Below are positions 41,154 through 52,322 of a stretch of 64,000 nucleotides of DNA, one piece after another. Position 1 is the first letter of the stretch. Each line of letters starts with the position of its first letter. This DNA comes from Dimorphilus gyrociliatus. Lineage: Eukaryota > Animalia > Annelida. The notes under the pieces are model-generated. The model saw only the letters and a list, made by a program, of their open reading frames with translations, had not been told where the DNA came from and did not search any database. The position numbers were made by a program, and so were the translations under genes. Location of the stretch: assembly GCA_904063045.1 (NCBI GenBank), contig CAJFCJ010000014.1, positions 124,001-188,000 of the forward strand. The letters run 5' to 3'.

Positions 41154-43044
41154 CTAGCAAAAACTGGATATCGTCTTTCTTCGTTCTTTAATAAACAAAT
41201 TAAACTCATCATCTTCACTCGTTACTCTTTCCAGAATATAACCCTTATCATTACTGTTAATCTCTTCAAAAAGTTGAAAAACCCTTCTTTTAAAATTTAT
41301 ACTTATCAAACTGCAATTGAAATTTCTACTGCAATATTTAAAAGTATTTAAAAGTGACGTAAACTTAATCTCTTCCTTATTAATTAGCCTCTTTCTTTTC
41401 ACAAGTACGAATATTTCGCGATTATCTTTCGAGCTATTTGATGATTTAACTAGATTATTTATATTCTGAAGATTTCTTTGTGGAGATGAGGTAAAAGTGG
41501 CCACTGTAGTTGTAGGCGAAACTGCCAATCTTGGAGGATAAAAGCTGTAGATAAGGTTAAATAGTCATTAATAGCAATTCTTTTTATAAATATCAATGGG
41601 AAAAGGCATGAAGGGGGGCGGGGAGAGAGAGTGAGGGAGGAAAAAACGGACAGAGTAACGGTAGTTTAGCTTAGGCTAAACAAGTGCGAATAGGTGGGAG
41701 TATAGTGTAAATAAATCGAGTAATGTATATAATTACCTAGTGATTAAGGGGGCGGAGGTTGACAAAGAGAAGGGATCGCCAAAGTAATAGGAATATAATT
41801 CAATTTCTCTTATGAAAAGCTTATGAGTTTGTTTATTTAAGACGGAAATTTGTAAAGCTCTTCCTTGACAAGGTAAATAATTCCAATAAGAAATGTACCA
41901 ACAACTTCTAATGCTAATGAAGCAACTTGTCACATTTTCGTCAGCACCTCTTAATCGAATTTCAACTTGACTGTTTTCTAAAGAGCAAAGAATTGTTATT
42001 CAATTATTTAATGGATGATAAAGGAAAGATAAGAGGATGTGGTTTGTTGTCGGTGGGAAGAAGGGTGGAGAAGGGAAGAAATAGGAAAGTGAAGAGAAAC
42101 AAGAAAAATCAGTATCTTTTTTTAGAGTGTAAGGTCTTATGCATGGGATATAGTTTGACAAGAGTATTTCTTTTTTATTTGGTATTTGTTACCTCTAGGA
42201 AGAAATCTCATTCTAATGATATTTATTAGAAATTCTTTTCTTAGTTGAATAGAAAACTTTCTTAGACCGTCCAAAGGAAAACTATTATACATTTTTCCAT
42301 CTATTAACTGACTAGCCAATCCTTTTCCGCCGTATGCTTTACCTCCCCTGGCTAAATTCTTGGAAATACCGTCCGAAATTAGACCTACTGATTCTTCCAA
42401 AGTCGCTACTAAAACCTTATTACCACTAATAAAACTTTTGACAGCTAGAGAACCGCCATGTATTCCGGTTGGGACGCTAGTCGACTGTTCTAGCTCTTTA
42501 ACTGCCTCTATAGACGTTCCTGTACGATATATATAATTTTTCAACAAAAGTAAAAGTCATCTTATGCGTTCCATTCGAAAAATGATACTAGACAGAGTGT
42601 ATGAAGTACTTAATAGTGAATTTACCCGAAGGCGAAGACAATATGATAGCTAAACATCCTTTCTCTTGGTAGGAATTCAATAATCTATAACAGGTCTTGA
42701 AATAAATTAAGGTCGGAAGTCGAAAGATGATTATCTTTCCCCGAACAGATTCGAGATCAGGTTTATTCATACTACGGCAATTATCTTTAATATATTCAAT
42801 GATAACTTCACCTTTTATCTTTAAAGAAGAGAAATTAATGAATATTTGAATCTTGAAAGAAAACGACAATTATTATTCCAAATACCTTTAGCCAAGAATT
42901 AAAATAAGAAGGAAATGTGCGTATGGAATATCGAATCATTTCCGGTAGAAAATGAACATAAAACTCTCCACTATCAAGAGTTAAGGAAGGAGAAATAAGT
43001 AGTATGGAAACAATTAGGAGACGGCAGGTTAGATTCCTTTCCAT
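41154..43044 (-). CDS. Putative secreted mosaic protein (436 aa): signal peptide, PA-like domain, F5/8C/F-type-lectin-like domain, S/T linker, PAN/apple-like domain
   Basis: Five exons (43044-42886, 42818-42626, 42519-42193, 41977-41737, 41544-41154) with canonical GT-AG junctions join into one 1311-nt open frame. The N-terminus is hydrophobic (LLIVSILLISPSLT). Domain calls are by motif pattern only. Confidence 0.75.
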
Positions 43045-44024
43045 TTCTTTCTTTCTTTCTTTCTTTCTTTCTTGCTTTCTTTCTTCTCTTTGTTTTATTC
43101 CATTTGGAGATGTAAAGGGAGAGAAACCTTTCTTTCACATTTCATTGTGTCTGGGTATTAATCATATAATTCAAATTATGATTATCATTATAATTACCAT
43201 TTTCCCTCGTCTTGAATTTATTATTCTTTGTTCTTTTCTTTCAAATTAGATAAATCAATTCATATGCAAAATCAATGTATTCCACTTTTCAATAACTTTT
43301 TAAATAGCTCTTTCCTCTCTTTTCATTCCCTTCTCTCTTCTGCCTAAAGTTAAACGGCAAGGAGGAGATACGTCGACTCTTCCCCTTCTTCCTTGTATTG
43401 TCCCGTGTCTGATCTTTACTCCTCCATCAGTAGTACAGGCCTGTTAATCTAATGTGCACACTTACAACGCGTATTTGTTTATAGACCATCTTTATTTTAT
43501 AGGTTTTTCTCTTAAGAAAATCTTTCAAGCATGAATAATCACTTTTTATTAATGATTTTCATTTTTCCTTCTTAACCTAGATTCATTATTTATTTTGTAA
43601 AATGATAACATCACTTTTTTTTCCCGCCAAAAAAAAAATAAATCAATTGTGCCTGTCTGTCTGTCTATCCTTCGTTCTTTTTCCCCTTCTCTCTCTCTTC
43701 GTGTCCTCTTCTACTCATTTCCCACTACTCTTTCTTGTTGTATTATTCTCTTTCAATATTATCGTTATAGGCCTAAATTTCCCCCTCGTTTTTTCCACGA
43801 AAAAGGAGTTTTGTATAGGCTGGTTTCCTGTTTCATATATACGTCTTTTTTTTTTTTCTCAGAATAGTTTTTATACAAAAACTAATGATTTATTCGAAAA
43901 AGAAAGTGATTTCATAGGAATTAAGATAAGTGACACTAGTTGGATTATGTCATATTATGATCAATATCTAGGAATTTAATATTATACTCGAAGTGAATTT
44001 CGCACGGTTCTTTTTATTCGCGTA

Positions 44025-46498
44025 ATGACTTTATACCAACTTGGTTATAAAGACTATAACGATTACGTAGAAACGTTGGATAATTTAACAGGTAAATAAA
44101 AATGGTTAGATATTTGTAAAATATTTGAATAAAGCGAATATTTTTAATAGAAAGCATTAAAGCGAACTTAGAAGGAAGAAACGATGATGACTGGAAAGAA
44201 TTTGATAATGGAATCGTTAAGTTTATGAAAGAAAACAAAATACCAGGAATATCATTAACAATTGGACGAAATGGAAATATTATCCATGAACAGAGTAAGA
44301 CAAAATTGACAAATAGAGTAATCTTATGACTTTGCATAATCGGTATTGTTTCTCTTTATTCTTCTTGACCAGCTTACGGTTTTGCTAATAGAAGAGAAAA
44401 AGTCAACAAGTCAAATCTATTCAGAATTGCTAGCGTAAGTAAGATGCTAACTTCAATTGGAATTTTAAGAATTATTCAAAATGGTGGTCAATTGAAATTT
44501 CATCAAAAAGTCTTTGGCCGAAACGGTTGGTTGGGAATAAAAGAAAATATCTTCATTCATTGAATCATTCATTGTAAACTTTGTTTACTGTTTAATTATC
44601 ATATTAGGCATCCTATCTTCCTATTCCCCTACTGAAAGTGGCGATAAACGCCTACTGAACATAACTGTTCGACACCTTTTACAGCATAGTGGCGGTTGGG
44701 ATAGAGAGATAGCGGGCGATCCAGTCTTTTATAAGAATGTTGGTAAGAATATGAAAGTTGATGAGCCAGTTTCGGCCCAAGTATTAATATCTTATATGAT
44801 GGGTCAGAAATTACAGTTTAAACCAGGTAATCTAATGAGGTTTATATAGTGTATTCACACTCTCTTTGTACGTAGTAAAAACAATAAACAATTTCCTCTC
44901 TTTCCCTCTGTGAATAGGCTCAATTAATTGAACGCCTTTAAGCTTATAATCTACCTATTCACCAGTTCATCTTCTCCTTTTTAGGTAGTAAATATTGCTA
45001 TTCAAATTTTGGTTACGTCATTCTTGGAAGAATAATTGAAAAAATCAAAGGCGTCTCTTATGAAGAGTATATTAAATCTTTTCTTACCGATATTGGCGTA
45101 GATGATATGAGAATTGGAAAAACCCAATATTGCCATAGACTTATTGAAGAAGTAGAATATTTTGTAAACCCTCTAATGGGACCTATATTAGGAAAAAGCC
45201 TATTCAGCACAGACGAAGAGGAAGATGATGGAAGCCAAGTTCTATTACCATACGGATCGTTTTGTCTAGAGAGTGGAGATTCGGATGGAGGTTGGCTAGC
45301 TACTTCAAAGTCTGTTGTAAAATTGCTAATGAGTCTGAGCAAAGGGGAAGGTGAAGGTTGTTTATTAAATAAGAAATTAACAAATGAAATGATGAAGAAA
45401 CCAAGATATAAGAATAACAAACAATCAACTTGTTGGTACGGATTGGGCGTTGATGTTATAGGCTTCGATAAGTTATCTTTCGAACATACAGGACATTTGG
45501 ATGGTTCTACTTCTATCGCTTTAAGAAACGATAAGGGATATTGTTGCGCTCTTCTCTCCAACTACTGGCCGTTTGAAAGCGACTATTCAGGCTTACTATC
45601 AAATCTATTAAATAGAATCGAAGATTGTAGTTTGTACAGTATTCCTAATATTTTTGGCGAGTTTAAAGAGTCAATTTCGTTCTATTCGGAAAGATTCATG
45701 TTGTGTTTGAACGTTGAATTAAAGAACTTGAAGGAATTCAACAATTTTTGTAGATATAACTTGAATATGGGACCGTCTACAATTTGCTGTTGTACAGTTA
45801 AAGGCGTTATCTATTGTTACGGATTCTGGGTAAAAGATTCTAAAAACGAGCTATTAGTGTGTTCAAAGGAACTTGTCGTAGAGGAAATTAACAGGATAAA
45901 AACTGCTAACCTTCGCCTCATTTACGTCTATTTCGTACGAAATATTGATGTGTATTTATTAGTATTCGGTCAAGGTCAACCGAATACTACGCACTACCAA
46001 CTCGAATCCGACGAAGCGGACTTGGAAAGGATTCTGTCAACACCCGACGTACGAGTTGTATCGCTTACATTTAATAAGGAGCGCTATTGCGTTGTTTACG
46101 AAAAGGATGAGGAGGAAAGGGACAAGGAAGGCGGAAAGTCTACTAGACTGGAAAAGAAGAAATCCTATAGACAATACGTAGAAGTGAATAAAGAAGAAGA
46201 GTATGATAAAAAATTTAATATGCACTCAAGGTACGGAAGAATGCTGTCCTTTCTCTTCTTTTCCGAAACAGGCGATAAAATAGCATCTGTGTGGAACGAT
46301 AGCGGATCATTCTATTTCTCGGCCGAGAGGGAAATGTCCAAATACCAACTAATAACCGATTGCGGTTATCTTTACCGGAAAGGTTATAATCCTCTCTCCG
46401 TGACGTCATACATCAAGGACAATTGCCTGAAGTTTGCTTCGGTGTTTTATAAAACACCGCAAAAGAGGAAACTGACGACAAGAACGTTTAAAAAATAG
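44025..46498 (+). CDS. Beta-lactamase/DD-peptidase family serine hydrolase (698 aa) with C-terminal degenerate polyglycine-hydrolase-like (BTRD1-type) tandem repeats
   Basis: Five exons (44025-44091, 44151-44294, 44373-44525, 44608-44826, 44985-46498) in phase, 2097 nt. Motifs KIPGISL, FRIASVSK (SxxK), LLQHSGG, YCYSNFGYVILG (YxN), FEHTG. The C-terminus has GYNPLSVTSYIKDNCLKFASVFYK-type repeats. Confidence 0.88.
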
Positions 46499-47402
46499 TT
46501 GTTTATGGTAAAATGTCTAAGCAAAACTTGACCAATAGTTAATTATTACAACCACAAAGTATACGTTGGGTTGTTTTCTTAATTCTTATACTCGATAGAT
46601 GTCGTTAGTTGGTAATAAACTGTGCGCTTTTTTTGTTTTTTTGTATAGGCGTAGGATAGGTTGATTCCTGGTACCGTATCCGTTCAGTAATATGAATCGT
46701 TTGACCACAATTTAAAACAGATAAGAATTGTATTCAGATCCAAATTGAAGTAGAACACGATCTAGCAAACAAAGTTGAGGAAGATAAAAGGGATAAAGTG
46801 AGAAGTAAGGAGGCGAGGACAAGAAAGAAACCTAGTAGTCGGTAGTGCGTTGAATGTCAACACAAAAATACAACTATATACCAATATAGGTGATATAGGT
46901 ATATGTAGATAATTAGAGTCGGTCGGATAGCTAGATAGCGAGGTAGAAGAGGAAAAGGAAGAAGACAATTGTATATAATAACGTTGATATTTATGATTAT
47001 ATTTAAGTATCTATTGATACAAAGAAATTTCTGGATGCTAATTTAAATAATGAAGAGAAAGAGTTTTAAAATACTATGTTCAATTCTATGCATCATTTTA
47101 CTCATTGGATCAATAATAGCGATATTATACTACTTGTTTTTCCATAAGAATAAGCAAGAATATAAAAGTAAGTAGAAAATTTCCTATTGCACTTAATGGA
47201 TAAATATTCTTTAATTGTTTTAATCATATAACAAGCAAACAAACAAACAAACACATTTTTGTCAGGTTTGAATTTGTATTGCTGAATATATTCGTGCTTT
47301 TAAAGGCGATAACACTGTTTCAGATAGATAGGTTGATAGAGAGACAGAGACAGACAAACAGAGAAACAGAAGCAAATATATTCAGACTTTGAACCTAACA
47401 GT

Positions 47403-49229
47403 ATGGCAATATTACAATATAATATATACAATACATATGTACTAAGCCTATGTTTATATATCCATTTTGTTACAAACAATGGCAAAGGAATCTTTTTAAT
47501 GAGAAAACTTTGTGTGCTTTGTTCTATAGGACCAACTATTTTGAAGCCACCTGTCGGATTGATATGGAATTCTAAATGTATGGTTAAAAATCCAGAATCG
47601 TCTTCGGAAATTATGAAAATTGTCGATAGTAAATTACCGTGGGATTATTTCCCTTTCAACTTATTTATTTTCCATTTTGATAATGGCAAAGATTGTTGGC
47701 CAAATTCCAAAGAGAACGTCACTATTTCAAAAGTACGTTATAAAACTAATAAGTACGGAGTCTATATATCAAATATTTGCAATATAACATCCAAAGAATT
47801 GAGTACTGTTAGTAAGAAGATGTTGAAGAAACTTGAATACATCAGATTTGGCTATCAGACGCAAGTTTGCGGTGAAAAATTCGACGACGATTTCATTAGA
47901 AGTTTAAAGGACGGATCATCAACAAGCGTAAAGAACATTCTACATTTTCCCTATAAATTCAACATAGGAGAGGCAAAATTAACTGCAGATATACTAACTA
48001 TATCTCCACCTTTTATAAAGGAATACGTATCTGCAATAGTCGATAATTATCTATTAGATTATAAAGGGATCTTCCGTTCCGGATTCTTTCCCTACGCAAC
48101 TTCGCTAGAATTGAATAACCAATTCCAATTCGTTATGTATTGCCTAATGAAATCTCCTATTTTCGTAGATTATACCCTACATAATTTCTATTCAAAGAAA
48201 ACTATACAAACATTTTCCCAAGAGATTCTAAACAAACATAAATCGTTAATCGACTTTCATCAAAGTGAAAAAACATGGCCGATTTCCTTAAAAGTTTGTA
48301 ATAGACATAAAAGTTTCTCATTTCACTTTTTTCATCTCTATTTTTGTAAATTGAATATTCAAACGAAAATCAAAAACTACTTTTATGTCTATTATTTATC
48401 ATTGAAAACAAAAGGCGGGATCCTATATCAAAGATAAGAAATCTCATTCTAGACGCTTTCAAGTTTTCTCAAAACCCAACAGCAACGCTGGCGTTGACAA
48501 TGGAATACAAAGTTTTTGGAGATCTCAACGTCTTCAGCAGAATTCCAATGAATTTCGTTTGATATTCACCAACTCATCGGATAAAGATAGTTGGCTGTCT
48601 CTGTGTCTAACTGCCCGCGGACAGACGTTAAGGATTAAAGAATGCGATAATTCGTAAGTAAATCTATTTGAATACTGGATAAAAGATTTGCAGTTTGATT
48701 GTTATGTAATAGGGCAAAAGGAGGGCAAGGCGAACAAAGTCAAACGTTCATTTATTCAAAGAAAACCAAACAACTTATGAATAAAAAGTCGAAAAGTTAC
48801 GTTTGCCTACCGAATTATCCATATTCACCTGTAAGATTCGAGTCGATAGCTCAGCAAGATTGTTCGCTTCGTATTCAGATGAAATTGAACAAAAACGGCA
48901 ATTATCTATTGCACAATGACCATAATTTATACATGGGCGTTGGTCTATACGACCTGTACGAAGTTTATACAAGGATTGACGCCACCCAACACCTTTACGC
49001 CTTTATAAACTTTCATCCGTCCAATTCGGAAACGAGAGACTTGTCTGCAAAAACGATAAGAGGACTGCATCAATTATATAATTATAACTTTAAATGTACG
49101 GATTCATCAAGATCGCCGACCACTAAGGAGTTTCTAATCGGTGACAAAATCAAGATAGAGGCGAAAACAGTTCACTATTGTTTTATAAAGGAACTTGCGG
49201 AAGATTACGATCAATATGAATATGCATGA
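47403..49229 (+). CDS. GH27 (alpha-galactosidase/NAGA)-like pseudo-enzyme with a C-terminal ricin-B-like beta-trefoil (~532-548 aa)
   Basis: Exons 47403-48293, 48415-48653 and 48713-49229 join in frame (possible extra in-frame GC-AG intron 47482-47529). Ordered GH27-like motifs: NNG..PPVG..W, KDCW, KYGVY, EYIRFG, TADI, FVMYCLMKSPIF, LIDFHQ, FQVFSKP. These are followed by CLTARGQTLRIKECD...QTFIY...QLMNKKS..VCL. Confidence 0.72.
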
Positions 49230-49780
49230 GTTCGCTGAAATCCGAGAGAAACAATTAACAATTTATTAGAAATAGACGAGCAATTAAAAAGGAGTTAAAT
49301 ATCGTTCAAAGGAGAGAAAGAGAGAAATAGTTATAAAACTGTGTGCTTTTCTCTACCCTTTTTTCTTTTTTTCTCTCTTTTCTCTCTTCTTTTTGATTAA
49401 ACTTTTTCGTAACATCAAAAGATAAAGAATGATAAAATGATAGTTTAAACTTACTCAAACGACAATCATTTTTATCTAAAAGGAAAATCAAGTAACGCCT
49501 CTCTCCTTTAAAGAAAAAACTTTGTATATATATACAGTATATATATAGATATAGAGTAGTATCTTTATAGTTTTGGCGTCTATCTTGTGCGCGCGTTAGC
49601 ATATATTGTCTAAAGCTGAATGCGTCTGTGCACGTATTAACATATACGTACATGTATAGAACATTGGCAAATACTTGTACAAGTGAATCTCGGTAATACT
49701 CGACAGAGCTTTTAAGGAAAAGTCAAAAAAAGAAATTGCTAATCCTAACCTAACTCAAATCCAAAAGTTAATCAACAATT

Positions 49781-50893
49781 ATGGCTTTTAATTCGACGAG
49801 ACGAAACTTTACCTTACCAAAGTTTGACTGGGAAGCTTGGTTTGAAAAGTATGTACCCAAGTTCCATCACGCAAAAACGATGGTAATAATTGTTTCAACC
49901 GTCTGTTTGTCACTATTAATAATTGGATTCTTTGGAAATATCATTAGTTGTATAATCTTTAGTAAAAAGAGTTTAAACCGTTCAACAACTTCGGTATTCC
50001 TACGTTTCTTGGCAATAATCGATTCAATTTGTTTACTGTTCAACTGCGTTCTATGGAAAATAAGATTGTTTATGGGTTTTTTCAATCTTTCTGATAAAAC
50101 TATTCAAATGTTCATATGCGCATTCACCTATCACGGATCGTTCGCCTTTAATCAACAGAGTTCGTGGATAATTGTAGCCATGACCGTTGATAGGAGTGTT
50201 CATATTTTCTTTCCGACAAAGGCGCAAGTTTTATGTACGAAATTCAGAGCGTTCATGTTCTGTTCCTTTATCATAGTGGTAACTTTAGTATTCTATCATC
50301 CTTACTATTATCTGTATAAGGAGGGAGCGTATATCTCCATAGACCCAAAGGATAAATATTCGATTGTAATGAGTTGTAATACGATCTCCGAGTCGGCTTC
50401 CTATTACTTGAAAGATATACTGTTCCCCTTGGATAGTATCATGTATTCAGTCGTACCATCGGTTATACTGATAGTTATAAATATATTAATGATTCGTCAC
50501 GTCTACAAGTCGACGAGGAGAAGAAAAGAGATGACTCAAGGAAAAACTGACAAGGCAACGAGTAAGAAAACACTGCAAATGACTATAACCCTTATGTGTA
50601 TAAGTTTCTATTTTTTCCTAACTACATTTCCAATATCCTTGAACGTTCTTATATTCCATTTTAGAAGAACTACGACTCTAAGGGAATATATCAAGTATTT
50701 ATCTTATACAAGATACTTTAACCTTTTCGCCTATACTAATAATGCGGCTAATTTCTTTATATACTGCCTTTCCGGCTCAAAGTTCAGATCAGAATTTATA
50801 AAGTTATTTCGTAAGAAGGCGAAGGGAAGGGAAGGATCGAAAAGTCTGTCGACTTCGAATGGCTCGTCGTTTAAAGGCCAATCGCGTTATTGA
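49781..50893 (+). CDS. Intronless class A peptide-type orphan GPCR (370 aa)
   Basis: Single ORF with 7 hydrophobic segments: GFFGNIIS, FLRFLAIIDS, AMTVDRS (DRY variant), VVPSVILIVINI, FFLTTFP, NFFIYCLSGSKFR. Confidence 0.92.
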   Translation: MAFNSTRRNFTLPKFDWEAWFEKYVPKFHHAKTMVIIVSTVCLSLLIIGFFGNIISCIIFSKKSLNRSTTSVFLRFLAIIDSICLLFNCVLWKIRLFMGFFNLSDKTIQMFICAFTYHGSFAFNQQSSWIIVAMTVDRSVHIFFPTKAQVLCTKFRAFMFCSFIIVVTLVFYHPYYYLYKEGAYISIDPKDKYSIVMSCNTISESASYYLKDILFPLDSIMYSVVPSVILIVINILMIRHVYKSTRRRKEMTQGKTDKATSKKTLQMTITLMCISFYFFLTTFPISLNVLIFHFRRTTTLREYIKYLSYTRYFNLFAYTNNAANFFIYCLSGSKFRSEFIKLFRKKAKGREGSKSLSTSNGSSFKGQSRY

Positions 50894-52184
50894 AAGAATG
50901 GGGGGAGGAAGATGAGAGATGGCGGATAAGAGACGACCGATAAAGAACGGCGAATTGTATTTTCTTTTCAAGAAAGAAGGCAACATTTTCCACCTTCTTT
51001 CCTCTTGTCAGTATGTCGTTTGTTTGCTTGTCAATTAAATACTGTTAAGACTAAGTATATCACTAAACACATATTCTAATATATAATCACACATTGCGAC
51101 TTGATTCACGTTATCCGTCTTATTTCTTTGATATACAGTATATACTCTATAAACTCGTGTGCAAAAATTGACCTATTATTCTTCATCATATCTTTCAATG
51201 GAGTGTCATACTTTCCCTTATCCTTTCATTTATTTTCCCATACGTAGGGTTTGGAAGGTGTATATTCAGATTAATATTCACCCTCCTCCTCATTTAGTTA
51301 CACCGTGTACAAGATATAAGGCTGTATGTACATTAATTTCAATATACAAGCCAATATAAGCCACGCCCATCAAAAAAGGATAAGTAATGCTTCATATTTA
51401 AATTATTATAATACATACGTAAGACAAGGAAAGAGAGAAGGGGCTTGGAGGGCGGAGAGGAAAAAAAACAGGGATAGAGAGAAGGAAATAACAAAAAAAG
51501 TGCGAATGAAAGTAGAAACAATGAAAAAAAGTTTCGGGTTTAATATTCACATTTAGTAATCTATGTAGACTTTAGCTTTTATCTATTTCGATCAGATTAA
51601 ATATCCTTTTTTTTTTGTTTCTCACGCTTCTCCCCTTTGTATAGTTTCTATAAAAAGTCATAGGGCTGTTGTTTAGCAATGCTATGTAACTTTCTCTGTC
51701 ATTTTCTCCTTCCTAATAAAATGTTCACTTTACTGGCTGTAGAGCGGTAAGAACGAAATATAGTTAACAACGACTTACACACCAGAGGGCATTAAACATA
51801 ACATTTAAATATGGCAGAGTAGAGTTTGTGATTGAGTAAATAGTATAAATTAGACAGCGAAGAGTTAATGAATAATATGAAGAATGGTATTAATTATAGT
51901 TTGTAGGAAAATGAATGGGAAGAAGAAGAAGAAGAAGAAGAATAGGGGAAGAAGAGAAAAATGAATTTTTCAAGTAAACAAAATAAATCTGTATTTATCG
52001 TTAGTCAATGAAGATAAAGCAACGAAAACAAACTAGCGTTAATTTCATATTTCTTACCGTCTAGAGTTTTATTTCTATATAATAATATACTAATAAGGGT
52101 TAGATTGAAATTTATAGACCATGTTTGTTGAGTAAATCAACATATATATATATATATAAATATCTAAGACGTGTGAATGCATGT

Positions 52185-52217
<33 letters not shown>

Positions 52218-52322
52218 TATATTCATATTTATGTCCTCAGAGAGAGAGAGAGAAAAAAAAAGAAAGGGGGAGAGAGAGAGAGTCGATATGCATAAAAAAA
52301 AATGACAAGATAATAATTAAGT

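Noticed and set aside
45058-46409. Antisense ORFs overlapping the serine hydrolase (and similar mirror ORFs over the transposase, SLC5 and NWD)
   Set aside because: Shadow frames of real genes with no independent motifs.
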